A stretch of 64,000 nucleotides of DNA from a virus (Duplodnaviria > Caudoviricetes), in IMG/VR virus record IMGVR_UViG_3300028630_000010, positions 2,733 through 66,732 of that record. The stretch is one strand, 5' to 3'. Positions 8,434-18,109 of the stretch are shown here, piece by piece (within the stretch, counting starts at the first letter, position 1; every line of letters begins with the position of its first letter). The notes below the pieces were generated by a model. The model was not told where the DNA came from and ran no database searches. It saw only the letters and a program-made list of their open reading frames with translations. Position numbers and translations under genes: made by a program.

Positions 8434-9513
8434 ATGAATGACCAAGATCAGGATATCTTCGGCGAAGTCGTCGAAACAGAAGCCCCCAAGGAACAGAACG
8501 ATCCGACTAAGCAGCTTTATCTGCTGCCGGCGGGTGTAGCGGAGTGGTTCGTCCCCAAGCATGTGTTTGGCAAGCCCACGGATGTGAAGGACTGCGCCGC
8601 CTCGTTGGTTGTGCGCTTCCTCTCCTGGCAGATCGCCCCGGAGAATCAGGCGGTGTACATGGGTTCCGGTGTCTCTACGCCCGGCACCCTGCGTAATCAG
8701 CTCATTGTCCGGTATCACCCGGTCCCCGACGGTTATGCTGACGGCACGTTATTAGGCCGCGCTCCCTGCAAGTTGCAGTTTGGGGAGAGCTGCAAGGCGT
8801 GCGAAGAGCGGATCAAGGCGGACAAACGCTTCCCCCGCGACAGCCAGCCCGCCGATTACTTTAAGAAGGTAATCGCGGCGTTCAAGCCCAAGGACAAGAC
8901 CGTCATGCTGGGTCAGGTCTATGAGCAGGGCGACGGCGGGGAGTGGGTGACGGACGGGAAGATCAGGGCGTTTGAGTTCGGGAACTTCGTGCGTAACGGG
9001 CGCACCTTTACGCAGATCCTGAACGATCGCGCCAATGACGCTGACAAGCGCGTCCGCATTGACAAAAAATCGTATGCGGGCTACGTCTCGCCGGTCGCGA
9101 TTCGTATCACCTACGCATGGCCGACCAAGGGAGGCAAGCCGGAGCATGGCCAGTACTCCACATGGTCGCCTGTGGACGCCCTGCCCTTCCCCGTCGAGGC
9201 CGGGGGGCCGGATGTGTCGAAGTTCAGTAAGGAGTGGGCTATCGCCATGGCGAAGCATGACCCCGCTTCGTGGATCAACCGCAACGCCTTCCCCAAGCTG
9301 GTTTGGTCCGAGGTCGGCAAGTGGGTCTACGACGTGTTCACCGGCAAGGCTTCCGTGGCCCCCAAGGTCGATCTGGACACGGCGGACTTCGGGGAGCTGC
9401 TGGAGATCGTCGGCAATCACCCCGACAAGTTCGCCGATCTTGACGTGAGCCAGTTCAGCTATGACATGGTTGAGGCGCTGCGTGAGATCGTGAAGGGGGT
9501 GCTACATGGCTAA
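8434..9513 (+). CDS. putative gp32-like single-stranded DNA-binding protein
   Basis: Zn-ligand-like APCKLQFGESCKACEE, an aromatic-rich core and an acidic C-terminal region; sits between the polymerase and RecA. Confidence 0.6.
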   Translation: MNDQDQDIFGEVVETEAPKEQNDPTKQLYLLPAGVAEWFVPKHVFGKPTDVKDCAASLVVRFLSWQIAPENQAVYMGSGVSTPGTLRNQLIVRYHPVPDGYADGTLLGRAPCKLQFGESCKACEERIKADKRFPRDSQPADYFKKVIAAFKPKDKTVMLGQVYEQGDGGEWVTDGKIRAFEFGNFVRNGRTFTQILNDRANDADKRVRIDKKSYAGYVSPVAIRITYAWPTKGGKPEHGQYSTWSPVDALPFPVEAGGPDVSKFSKEWAIAMAKHDPASWINRNAFPKLVWSEVGKWVYDVFTGKASVAPKVDLDTADFGELLEIVGNHPDKFADLDVSQFSYDMVEALREIVKGVLHG

Positions 9514-10015
9514 GGGAACGCTTGTGTTCGAGTTTGAATCAGCGCTCGATCTGGAGAACCAGATGCGGGCGTATCTGCGGCTGCCTCTGCTGAGGGAGGT
9601 CATGTTAAAGGAAGCTGAAAAGGCACCCGACACGGCGCGTGGGGCACTTGGGGAGCCGGCAGAGGGGATGACTTTCACTGTGTCATCAGAGGCGCTTCCT
9701 CCCAGCTACAAGCCGGAGTACCATCGAATCACGGAACCCACGGTGGTTGGCGGAATGGTCGCCCCCGAAGAGCCCGTAGCAACACCGGCGGAGCCTGTCA
9801 AAGAGGGGCTGAAGGCTGGGGCAGAAACGACACCTGCCCCCGAGCAGAACGTCCCCACCCTGACGCTGGAGACGCTGGCGGACGCTCCCTACCCGGAGTT
9901 GCTGGCCTTCTGCGAGCATAACCCCGCTGTGGGTGTGGACGTGAGCAAGTGCCAAGCCGCGTTCTTCCGCAAGCTGGTCGAGATGAAGATCAAGACCTAC
10001 CTCGAAACGAAGTAG
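9506..10015 (+). CDS. hypothetical protein (169 aa)
   Basis: Overlaps the upstream stop; has a Pro/Glu-rich linker. Confidence 0.65.
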   Translation: MAKGTLVFEFESALDLENQMRAYLRLPLLREVMLKEAEKAPDTARGALGEPAEGMTFTVSSEALPPSYKPEYHRITEPTVVGGMVAPEEPVATPAEPVKEGLKAGAETTPAPEQNVPTLTLETLADAPYPELLAFCEHNPAVGVDVSKCQAAFFRKLVEMKIKTYLETK

Positions 10016-10024
10016 GCAACCTGC

Positions 10025-10065
10025 CGCCCGCGTGCAGCATCGGCGCGGGCGACTTTTCTATTTTT
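10025..10065 (+). terminator. putative intrinsic terminator
   Basis: 8-bp stem CGCCCGCG/CGCGGGCG followed by ACTTTTCTATTTTT. Confidence 0.6.
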
Positions 10066-10075
10066 GGAGGCGCGT

Positions 10076-10228
10076 ATGCTGTCAAAGATTATGTGCTCGT
10101 TCAGTCTCGCAGTAGCAGTCATGTGCGCACTTATGGCACTGCGTTTGGACGGCTCGGAAACGATGGTTTATTGGTGTGGAATGAATGTATTCACGGCAGG
10201 GCTGTGGTTTGCGACCTGCAAGAAATAG
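10076..10228 (+). CDS. small two-TM membrane protein (50 aa, not in the ORF track)
   Basis: GGAGG RBS at 10066; MLSKIMCSFSLAVAVMCALMALRLDGSETMVYWCGMNVFTAGLWFATCKK. Confidence 0.55.
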   Translation: MLSKIMCSFSLAVAVMCALMALRLDGSETMVYWCGMNVFTAGLWFATCKK

Positions 10229-10237
10229 GAGATCAGC

Positions 10238-11254
10238 ATGTTTGACTCAGGAATCACAACTCTCAATCTGGCCATCAGCGACAACCCGGATACCTTCGCG
10301 GGGCCGGGCAACACCGTCAGCTACATCGGGGCGAGCAACGTCGGCAAGACCGTGCTGGCGCTGACCACCATGGCGGCGAGTTTCTACCGCTACGGCCACA
10401 AGCCCCTCTACTACGCTCTGGAGCCGAATCTGATGATCGACATCGAACGGCTCTACGGCAAGAAGTTCGCCAAGGCGCTGGAGGTCGTGGCCGATCTGAA
10501 TATGACGCTGGAGCAGTGGCAGGCGGATGTCCGCGCCCGGTTCAAGGCGGCAAAGAAGTCGATGGTCGTCACGCTCGACTCCACCGACGCCCTCAAGTGC
10601 GCTGCCGACATCGCTGCCCTCGACGGGAAGTCGCTGTCCAAGAAGTCGAAGACCGATACCCCCGAGGGCGGGGTGATGAAGGAGGCCAAGGCCCAGCGGG
10701 CGGCGGCTGCGGCGGCGTGGTCGAAATGTCTCTCCGAAGTCACCAAGGCGGTCGGCGTGAACAAGGGGCTGCTTATCTTGACCTCGCAGGTGCGTACCAA
10801 CCCGGGCGTGATGTTCGGCTCGCCCTTCTATCGCTCTTGCGGCGCGGCTCTGGACTATTTCAGCGAGATCCGCGTGTGGATGTGGCCCTCCACCAAAGAG
10901 AGGGTTGACGACGTGGAGGTGGGGGGCTGGACGAAGATCGAGGTGAAGCGCAATAAGGTGACGGGCGCCCCCCGCACGATTTATGCGCCTATTTATCCCG
11001 CCTATGGCATCGATGATACCCGAGCCATGCTTCATTTCCTCGCCGATACCGGCAGCGGGGCGGAGTGGGCGGGGAAGGATATGAAAAGGATCACCGTCGG
11101 CGAAACCACCATGACTCTCGCCGAAATGGCCGCGCACTTCGAGGATGAGGACACCAAGGGCGTTTTGAAGAAGATGGTCACGGATGCCTGGGCGGCGCGT
11201 GAGGCGATGCTGAAACAGGAAGTGTTGGCGGGAAGAAAACCTCGATTCTCGTAA
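10238..11254 (+). CDS. recA: RecA/UvsX-like recombinase
   Basis: Walker A GASNVGKT, Walker B VTLDS, SQVRTNPGVMFGSP...GAALDYFSEIRV and KRNKV. Confidence 0.9.
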   Translation: MFDSGITTLNLAISDNPDTFAGPGNTVSYIGASNVGKTVLALTTMAASFYRYGHKPLYYALEPNLMIDIERLYGKKFAKALEVVADLNMTLEQWQADVRARFKAAKKSMVVTLDSTDALKCAADIAALDGKSLSKKSKTDTPEGGVMKEAKAQRAAAAAAWSKCLSEVTKAVGVNKGLLILTSQVRTNPGVMFGSPFYRSCGAALDYFSEIRVWMWPSTKERVDDVEVGGWTKIEVKRNKVTGAPRTIYAPIYPAYGIDDTRAMLHFLADTGSGAEWAGKDMKRITVGETTMTLAEMAAHFEDEDTKGVLKKMVTDAWAAREAMLKQEVLAGRKPRFS

Positions 11255-11275
11255 ATTATCAGAAAGTAGGGAAGT

Positions 11276-11620
11276 ATGACCAGAAAAGCGTTCAGAACAG
11301 AGGTCGAGAAGATCATGCCGGGATATGAGTGGGTGTATTGTTGCCCGCTTAGCTTAGATAAGTTTGAAGCGTCTACAACGGTGAAAGGGATTGGAAACCG
11401 CCGGTCAACGCTCCGTATCACATTGCGGGTTGACAACCAAGGCGCACAGCAGTGGGATGTGGCGTTCGCTGGATGCGGAATACACGTGGAGCACGCAACC
11501 CCAACCTACACCGCGCGAACGCTGGCACGCGCGCTTGTAACAATGTCAAAGGACTGCGACGAGAAGGACTATTTCTACACCAGCGCACGAATCACCTTGG
11601 CAAAAGGCAGGCGGAAATGA
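11276..11620 (+). CDS. hypothetical protein (114 aa)
   Basis: Tiles the operon; visibly lower GC than its neighbours. Confidence 0.6.
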   Translation: MTRKAFRTEVEKIMPGYEWVYCCPLSLDKFEASTTVKGIGNRRSTLRITLRVDNQGAQQWDVAFAGCGIHVEHATPTYTARTLARALVTMSKDCDEKDYFYTSARITLAKGRRK

Positions 11621-12480
11621 ATCTCGACCCTAAACTTCTCGCCCTCCCCGACTTCACGGTCGAGGAAATCCAGCGGTGCATAGACGTGACGGAACCTGGC
11701 ATGTTTGAAACAGGCCTCATTGTCGATGCAAATAATTTAGCATACCGTTTAGCCTTCGCCGGCTCCAAGGACTGCTACACCTCCCAGGATATGCTGGCGA
11801 TGTTCGTGGAGCGCATCAAGAGCGTTGTCAAGGACATCAACGCCGATGTGGTGGTATGCTGCATCGACAGCGGTGTGCCATTGCGCCGCTCGATGCTGGG
11901 GGCGACCAAGAAGCCCGACAAGACCCCCGAGCAGCAGGCGGTGGTGGACATGGCGCGGGATGCCCTGCATCTTCTGCGTATGCAGGAAGGCGGGCCGCAC
12001 GCATGGCTCAATCCCCGATGGCAGGACGGTTACGAGGCTGACGATCTTTGCGCGGCGTGGGCGGTGTCGGGGCATTTCGTCCATACCGTGATATACTCCA
12101 CCGACAGCGACCTCTACCAAGTCACCAACGGCTCCGGCATCGTGCAGCTCTCGCCGGCGAGTGGAATATTCGTCAAGTCGGACGTGCCCCCCGCGCTGGT
12201 GCCCGGCGTGAAGGCACTCATGGGCGACAGCTCCGACAGCGTGGTCGGGATCAAGGGCGTTGGCCCCGTGACGGCGCTCAAGATCATGACGGGGGAGAAA
12301 ACCATCGACCTCGATAAAGAGACCGAGCGCCGGGTGCGCAACAACGTCTGTCTCACGGCTCTTCCTTTTCCGGGTTCGTACCAGATTCTTCAGGGCGCCC
12401 CGCTGGTGAGCGTGGCGAACGGGATGAAGGAAGAGACGAGCGAGTCGGCGGAAGAAGATTCGGAACCTTTGCCTTTTTAG
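11617..12480 (+). CDS. 5'-3' exonuclease (T4 RNase H / PolI 5'-nuclease / FEN family)
   Basis: Motifs IVDANNLAYR, YEADDL and STDSDLYQ, plus helix-hairpin-helix GDSSDSVVGIKGVGPVTA; ATGA overlap at 11617. Confidence 0.9.
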   Translation: MNLDPKLLALPDFTVEEIQRCIDVTEPGMFETGLIVDANNLAYRLAFAGSKDCYTSQDMLAMFVERIKSVVKDINADVVVCCIDSGVPLRRSMLGATKKPDKTPEQQAVVDMARDALHLLRMQEGGPHAWLNPRWQDGYEADDLCAAWAVSGHFVHTVIYSTDSDLYQVTNGSGIVQLSPASGIFVKSDVPPALVPGVKALMGDSSDSVVGIKGVGPVTALKIMTGEKTIDLDKETERRVRNNVCLTALPFPGSYQILQGAPLVSVANGMKEETSESAEEDSEPLPF

Positions 12481-12488
12481 GAGAGTTA

Positions 12489-13505
12489 ATGAGTAATGTG
12501 AGACTATTGCAAGGGGACTGCCGCGACGTGCTCAAAACCCTGCCCGACGGAAGTATCAACTGCTGCGTCACCTCGCCACCCTACTATGGGTTGCGGGATT
12601 ACGGCGTTGATGGGCAGATCGGCCTCGAACAGACGCCGGATGCGTATGTGGCGGAGTTGGTCGCCGTCTTCCGCGAGGTGCGGCGCGTGCTGGCGGACGA
12701 TGGGACGCTGTGGCTGAATCTCGGGGATTCGTATTCTGGAAGTGGTAAAGGTCCAGCTGGCAATCTTGGCAAGATCCACAACGAAAGAGAAATAAAACAA
12801 ACGAGTGGAATTGTTCCTGATGGCCTCAAGCCTAAAGACCTTATCGGCATCCCTTGGCGCGTGGCCTTCGCGTTGCAGGCGGACGGCTGGTATCTGCGCC
12901 AAGATATCATTTGGCACAAGCCCAATCCCATGCCGGAGAGCGTGGCCGATCGGTGTACAAAGGCTCACGAGTACGTCTTCCTGCTGTCCAAGAGCGAGCG
13001 GTATTACTTCGATCAGAAGGCTATTGCTGAGCCCGTCACGCAGTCAACCATTGAACGTCTGAGTCAACCTAACTTGGAAAATCAGGTAAGCAGTGACCGC
13101 GTTCCCGGTAAGACCAACGGTAATATGAAGGCGGTGGGGCGCGGCGGAAAGAACGCCTTTCGAGGTCAAGGCCACATGCGCGACGGCGATAACGGCCCTG
13201 CCAACCGTGACGGCCGCGATATGCGAGATATTGGCGTAGGCGATACCCGCAACAAACGCAGCGTGTGGACGGTCAACACCAAGCCGTACAAGGGCGCACA
13301 TTTTGCCACATTCCCGCCGTCGCTTATTCGCCCGATGATTCTGGCGGGGTGCCCGATTGGGGGCACTGTGCTTGACCCGTTCGGGGGCAGCGGCACCACG
13401 GCGCAGGTTTCCGAAGAGGAAGGGCGCAACGCCATATCCATTGAATTGAACCCCGCATACATCGACCTGCAACGCAAGCGCACCTCACAGATCGGCCTGT
13501 TATGA
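12489..13505 (+). CDS. N4-cytosine/N6-adenine DNA methyltransferase (beta class)
   Basis: Motif IV VTSPPYY near the N-terminus and motif I VLDPFGGSGTT near the C-terminus. Confidence 0.92.
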   Translation: MSNVRLLQGDCRDVLKTLPDGSINCCVTSPPYYGLRDYGVDGQIGLEQTPDAYVAELVAVFREVRRVLADDGTLWLNLGDSYSGSGKGPAGNLGKIHNEREIKQTSGIVPDGLKPKDLIGIPWRVAFALQADGWYLRQDIIWHKPNPMPESVADRCTKAHEYVFLLSKSERYYFDQKAIAEPVTQSTIERLSQPNLENQVSSDRVPGKTNGNMKAVGRGGKNAFRGQGHMRDGDNGPANRDGRDMRDIGVGDTRNKRSVWTVNTKPYKGAHFATFPPSLIRPMILAGCPIGGTVLDPFGGSGTTAQVSEEEGRNAISIELNPAYIDLQRKRTSQIGLL

Positions 13506-15031
13506 TTTACGACACCAAGAAAAGACGTTTCATCTTTCAGAACAAGGCCGCTGTGCCCCCATCGGCGATCTTGTTCTACGACCTCCCTCATCTGCTCTCT
13601 CCGGGCGAGGACATCTGCCCCGAGGTGACGCTGCTGGCGGAGAAGCTGCCGCAGATGACGGCGACAACAGTTGGAGCGAATAACTGCTGCGCGGGGGCAC
13701 TGCGCCATCAGGTAGAGGCGATCCGCTGGGCGGCCGGCATGAGAGGTACGGGCATTGTTGCTTACAGCATGGGGTTGGGCAAGACGTTCATTGCAATCCG
13801 GTCGTGCGCGGCTATCTCCCGGCGCAAGGTGCTTGTGGTTTGCCCCTCGCATCTGAAACACAACTGGCGCAATGAGATCGGCCTGTGGCAGCCGTGCGAT
13901 TCCGCCCACATCTGCGAGGGGCGCGTTTCGGCGATGTCTAACGGAGATCGCTTCACGATCATCAACCGGGACATCCTCGCCGACAATCTTCCCGCCCTGC
14001 TCAAACAAGGATTCGATCAGATCGTGGTGGACGAGTGCCACAAGGTCGGGGGATGGGGCACGGCCGCGTACAAGGCGCTGGACGCGCTCTGCAAGGCCAC
14101 GCGCGAGGCTCACGGGGGCATCCTGCTTATGACCGGCACCCTGTTCAAGAACAGCCCCATGGACGCCCACACGGCCCTGCATCTGCTCGACCCGAAGATA
14201 CCCGGCCCGCGTGAGGCGTTCCAGATCCGCTTCGATCCAATCGGGAAGAAGCGCGAGGAAGTCAAGGGGCTCATGATGCGCAAGAGCGCCCCCCGGTGGC
14301 TTATCGGGAAGAAGTGGGCGGAGATCAAGAAGCTGGAGAAGGAGCGCGGCAAAAACGGGGACGTGGACGGACTGCGCTGGCTTCTCGCCCAGTACGCCAT
14401 CCGCAAGTCCTACCATGACGTGTTCCCGGATGACGGCAAGACGCGGGAGACGAAATTCGTTTCGGTCGATCTTGATCTTACTGACAGCCAGAAGCGCATC
14501 CTCGCCAACCGGGGGGTGGACGACGACGGCGTAATCAATGGCGAGCTGGCGACCGTGCTGCGCATCGTGGCTGAACGCAAGGCCCCCTTTGTCGCCGACC
14601 ATGCGGAGGCGTGGCTGGAGGAATACGACGACAAGAAGCTCATCATCGGCACCCACCACATCGAGGCCCGAAAGATCATCGTGAAGGCGCTGGAGCGGTT
14701 CGGCGTCGTGGAGATCGCCGGCACTCCCGCCCAAAAGACCAAGGCTGAGACCGCCTTCCGCGAAGACCCCACAAAGCGCGTCTGCATCGTGAACCTTGAG
14801 GCTGGCGGCACCGGCCTGAACCTCGTCAGCGCCTCCGACATGATTCTCTCCGAGGTGCCCTGGACTTCCGCCTCGCTGGATCAGTTCAAAGCGAGGATGG
14901 ATCGTATAGGGCAGGAAGCGGACAAGTTGACGTATACCATTTTCATCGCGGCCGACACGCCCGAGGGGGCGAAGTTCGGAACCCTGAAGAAAAAAGCACC
15001 CCTAAATACGAGGTATCTTGGGGAAAGGTGA
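13502..15031 (+). CDS. SNF2-family (HARP-like) SF2 helicase
   Basis: Motifs SMGLGKT, VVDECH, MTGT, AGGTGLNL and ARMDRIGQ. Confidence 0.88.
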   Translation: MIYDTKKRRFIFQNKAAVPPSAILFYDLPHLLSPGEDICPEVTLLAEKLPQMTATTVGANNCCAGALRHQVEAIRWAAGMRGTGIVAYSMGLGKTFIAIRSCAAISRRKVLVVCPSHLKHNWRNEIGLWQPCDSAHICEGRVSAMSNGDRFTIINRDILADNLPALLKQGFDQIVVDECHKVGGWGTAAYKALDALCKATREAHGGILLMTGTLFKNSPMDAHTALHLLDPKIPGPREAFQIRFDPIGKKREEVKGLMMRKSAPRWLIGKKWAEIKKLEKERGKNGDVDGLRWLLAQYAIRKSYHDVFPDDGKTRETKFVSVDLDLTDSQKRILANRGVDDDGVINGELATVLRIVAERKAPFVADHAEAWLEEYDDKKLIIGTHHIEARKIIVKALERFGVVEIAGTPAQKTKAETAFREDPTKRVCIVNLEAGGTGLNLVSASDMILSEVPWTSASLDQFKARMDRIGQEADKLTYTIFIAADTPEGAKFGTLKKKAPLNTRYLGER

Positions 15032-15067
15032 GAAAGAAGTGCGGTTTTTTATGGCAGTATGTAGGAG
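15029..15067 (+). promoter_or_regulatory. 39-bp repeated intergenic element, copy 3
   Basis: One mismatch to copy 1 (TATGTA); begins at the SNF2 TGA. Confidence 0.75.
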
Positions 15068-15075
15068 GGCGAAGC

Positions 15076-15285
15076 ATGAGAGGTGTTGTAACCAGACAGA
15101 TGGCGATGCGATTGGGGCCGGCGCTGCAGTTGGGCGATGTCGCGACCCGCTTCGAACAGCCTTTGCGCAAATGTGAATGTGCCGCATCTAACCATCGGTG
15201 GCGTACGCAAAAATACGAGCGGATATGTATGCGATGCGGAAAGCGTGAAGGCTGTGACCCGGTTACAAAAACATGGCACGCATAG
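15076..15285 (+). CDS. small Cys-rich (Zn-finger-like) protein
   Basis: GGAGG RBS; CEC...H...CMRC pattern. Confidence 0.5.
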   Translation: MRGVVTRQMAMRLGPALQLGDVATRFEQPLRKCECAASNHRWRTQKYERICMRCGKREGCDPVTKTWHA

Positions 15286-15309
15286 ACGCCCTTCCAAAGG
15301 ACCGTTAGA

Positions 15310-16431
15310 ATGAAACTTACCCTATCCAATTTTCAGATCCACCAAAAGCCGACAACGCTTGAGATCCCCGAGGGCGAGATCACCTACGTCGAGGGCGACA
15401 GCGACACGGGCAAGTCCTCCCGGCTGCGGGCGATGCGCTGGCTCTGCGAGAACAAGCCCGACGGGGGCAGCTTCGTCACGTTCAAACAGCCGCGGGGCAC
15501 GACCTCCGTGGTGACGCTGGAGGTGGACGGGCGCAGCGTGACGCGGGAGCGGGGCAAGAGCAAGAATCTCTACCGCATGGACGGAGAGACCTTCGAGGCG
15601 TTCGGGCGCAGCGTGCCCGAGCCCATCGCCAAGTTCCTTGCCCTCTCCCCCTACACCTTTCAGCTTCAGGGCGAGGCGCCCTTCCTGATCGGGGCGAGCC
15701 CCACAGACGCCGCGAAGATTCTTTCCGACGCCTGCGGCCTCGGGGTGATCGACACCGCCGTCCAGTTCGTGCGCTCCAAGAAAGCCGCGGCCGAGGCGGA
15801 TATCCGCAAGTCGGAGATACTGCTGGAATCGGCGCAGGCCCGGCTGGCGACCGCGACCGAGCAGTTGCCTCTGGCCGACGCGCTGGAAGCGGCGGCGAAG
15901 GCGGGGGATGATGTGGAGGAGCTTACGAGTAACGTGGGGCTGCTTTCTGACGCGCTCGACGATGAGCCCAAGGGAGAGGTGGTCGATGTCGAAGCCGTGC
16001 GTACCGTAGCGGACACGGCCCACGCCTGCGAGGCCGAGCGCGGCACCCTGACCACGATGACCATGCGCCTGTGCGGGGCAATCCGAAACGAGCCGACCGG
16101 GACGGTGTTCGATGTGGCAGGTTCGGTGAGGGCGGTTGACACCGCACGCGCCCGCCGGTCTGAGCTTGAGGGGCTGCATTCGCATGCCGTAGCCCTGAAC
16201 CGCGCGATTCAGACCGAGCCTACAGGCACGCTCTTGGATGTGTCGGCTGTCGTTCCCGTGACCCGCCGCGCTATCGCCGCCTCGGACGAAGCCGCCATGC
16301 TCGACAAGATGGCGCGGACGATGCGGGCGGCTCTGCAGAACGAGCCGCAAGGGGTTTTGATGGATACGAGTGAGTTACAGAAACAACGGGCGCAGATCAA
16401 AATCTGCCCCACATGCAAGAGGGAGCTATAA
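15310..16431 (+). CDS. sbcC: SbcC/Rad50/gp46-like ATPase, N-terminal half
   Basis: Walker A GDSDTGKS and FQLQGE; ends in the Zn-hook CPTC. No Walker B or signature motif. Confidence 0.85.
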   Translation: MKLTLSNFQIHQKPTTLEIPEGEITYVEGDSDTGKSSRLRAMRWLCENKPDGGSFVTFKQPRGTTSVVTLEVDGRSVTRERGKSKNLYRMDGETFEAFGRSVPEPIAKFLALSPYTFQLQGEAPFLIGASPTDAAKILSDACGLGVIDTAVQFVRSKKAAAEADIRKSEILLESAQARLATATEQLPLADALEAAAKAGDDVEELTSNVGLLSDALDDEPKGEVVDVEAVRTVADTAHACEAERGTLTTMTMRLCGAIRNEPTGTVFDVAGSVRAVDTARARRSELEGLHSHAVALNRAIQTEPTGTLLDVSAVVPVTRRAIAASDEAAMLDKMARTMRAALQNEPQGVLMDTSELQKQRAQIKICPTCKREL

Positions 16432-16432
16432 A

Positions 16433-16678
16433 ATGCCGATGACATTGGCACAGATCGATGCGAAACTGAAAGAGGTTGAGACCCACAACGCCACCCTCAC
16501 CACGCGCAAGCAGGTGTGGGCGGAGGGGGTCAAGAAGGAGTTCGGCGTGGAGACCTCCGCCGAGCTGAAGGCCATGCTGGCCGATGTGGAGGGGCAGCTT
16601 GCCGAGAAGAACAAGGAGTATGATGCCGCCGTGGCCGAGGCGGAGCGCCTTCTGAAAGCTGCGGGGGTCACATGCTAG
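16433..16678 (+). CDS. small coiled-coil protein (81 aa)
   Basis: Starts 1 nt after the sbcC-N stop; heptad-rich sequence. Confidence 0.7.
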   Translation: MPMTLAQIDAKLKEVETHNATLTTRKQVWAEGVKKEFGVETSAELKAMLADVEGQLAEKNKEYDAAVAEAERLLKAAGVTC

Positions 16679-17550
16679 TCATCTCCGATCTTCACTGGCG
16701 CTGCGACACCCCGGCCTGGCGCAAGGAGAGCGACTACGCCAAGCAGGTGCTGCGCCCCCAGTTGGCGAGCCTGCTGGACACGGGGGAGCCTGTCATCGTG
16801 GCGGGCGACGTGTTCCACCGTTCCGCAGACTTCGCAGCCACCTACGACCTCTTCACCTTCCTGAAGGAGCGGGGGGCGGTGCTGTACGCCGTGCGCGGGC
16901 AGCACGATATGACGCTGCACAGCAAGGAGGTCGAGGAGACGGGCTTCAACTTGCTGGTGAAGGCCGGGCTGATCGTGCCGCTCAACGTGGTTCAGGCGGA
17001 GTTTGACGGCTTCGGGGTGTGCGGAATGGGCTGGGGCGAGGAAGTTCCCGAAGCGCGTTTCGGCGACATCCTCATCGCTCACGTCTCGGTGAGCCATGGG
17101 GATGCGGTTATCCCCGGAGCGACTACGGCGACCGCGTTCCGGGAGAAGGCGAAGGCGTTCAAACTGGTGTTCACTGGGGATAACCACAAGCGTTTCAGCA
17201 TCCCAGAGACGCACTTCGGGGGGCTCTACAACGCGGGGTGCTTCCACCAGATGAGCGCCGATCTGATCAATCAGCCGCCGGCGGCGTGGCATGTTCTACC
17301 CGACGGGAGTGTCGAGTTGTTCCAAATCCCCTTCACGCCCCCCATGATCGACGAGTCCTACGCCCTGTCGAAGGACAAAGGCAAGACCGTGGCAGGCGCG
17401 GAGTTCGTGAATGCGCTGGCCGAGGCCCGCAACCAGGGCAGCGCGGACATCTTCATGAACACCCTGCGGGCGGCTGCGAGCGAGGCGACGGGGGAGACCA
17501 AGGCACTACTGAACGAGTGCGTCAAAATCTGCGAGGAGAGTCACACATGA
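16672..17550 (+). CDS. sbcD: SbcD/Mre11/gp47-like metallophosphoesterase
   Basis: Motifs SDLHW, AGDVFH, VRGQHD, IAH and TGDNH. Confidence 0.88.
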   Translation: MLVISDLHWRCDTPAWRKESDYAKQVLRPQLASLLDTGEPVIVAGDVFHRSADFAATYDLFTFLKERGAVLYAVRGQHDMTLHSKEVEETGFNLLVKAGLIVPLNVVQAEFDGFGVCGMGWGEEVPEARFGDILIAHVSVSHGDAVIPGATTATAFREKAKAFKLVFTGDNHKRFSIPETHFGGLYNAGCFHQMSADLINQPPAAWHVLPDGSVELFQIPFTPPMIDESYALSKDKGKTVAGAEFVNALAEARNQGSADIFMNTLRAAASEATGETKALLNECVKICEESHT

Positions 17551-18092
17551 TCTCAATCCAACAGATGCGCGAGCGGGCCGGTACGATCCGGCAGACCTTC
17601 ATCGACTCCCGACGGGAGGTGGAGAGCAATCAGGCGCTGCTTGAAGGCTATCACGCCCAGCGCAAGACCGCCGAGGAGGCGGCTGCCGCCGTCACTAACG
17701 CCGCCCAGGCCGCGCAGATGCGCTTCGCCGGGGTGGTGGCGGGGGTGGTCACGGAGAGCCTGAACAGCGTCTACCCCGACAACCCCTACGAGTTCAAGCT
17801 GGAGTTTCGGGAGTGCGCCGGGAAGACGGTCGTGGATACCCTGCTCTATCGGGACGGCGAGCCTCTCGACCCGCTGGCGAGCACGGGCGGCGGGGTGTGG
17901 GACGTGCTGGCCTTCGCCCTGCGCGTGGCCCTGCTCGTTCTGACGGCGAGCGACAAGACCCGGAAGCTGCTGGTGCTCGATGAGCCGTTCGCCTTCCTGC
18001 ACGGCGCGGAGAAGATCCGCCGCGCCTATGAGACCATGGAGAGCGTGGGCAAGCAGTTCGGGTTAACGATTCTGTGTGCGAGGCAACACTAA
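17547..18092 (+). CDS. sbcC: SbcC/Rad50-like ATPase, C-terminal half
   Basis: ABC signature-like STGGG and Walker B LVLDEPF; ATGA overlap at 17547. Confidence 0.85.
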   Translation: MISIQQMRERAGTIRQTFIDSRREVESNQALLEGYHAQRKTAEEAAAAVTNAAQAAQMRFAGVVAGVVTESLNSVYPDNPYEFKLEFRECAGKTVVDTLLYRDGEPLDPLASTGGGVWDVLAFALRVALLVLTASDKTRKLLVLDEPFAFLHGAEKIRRAYETMESVGKQFGLTILCARQH

Positions 18093-18109
18093 TTTTTATC
18101 CCCACCCCA

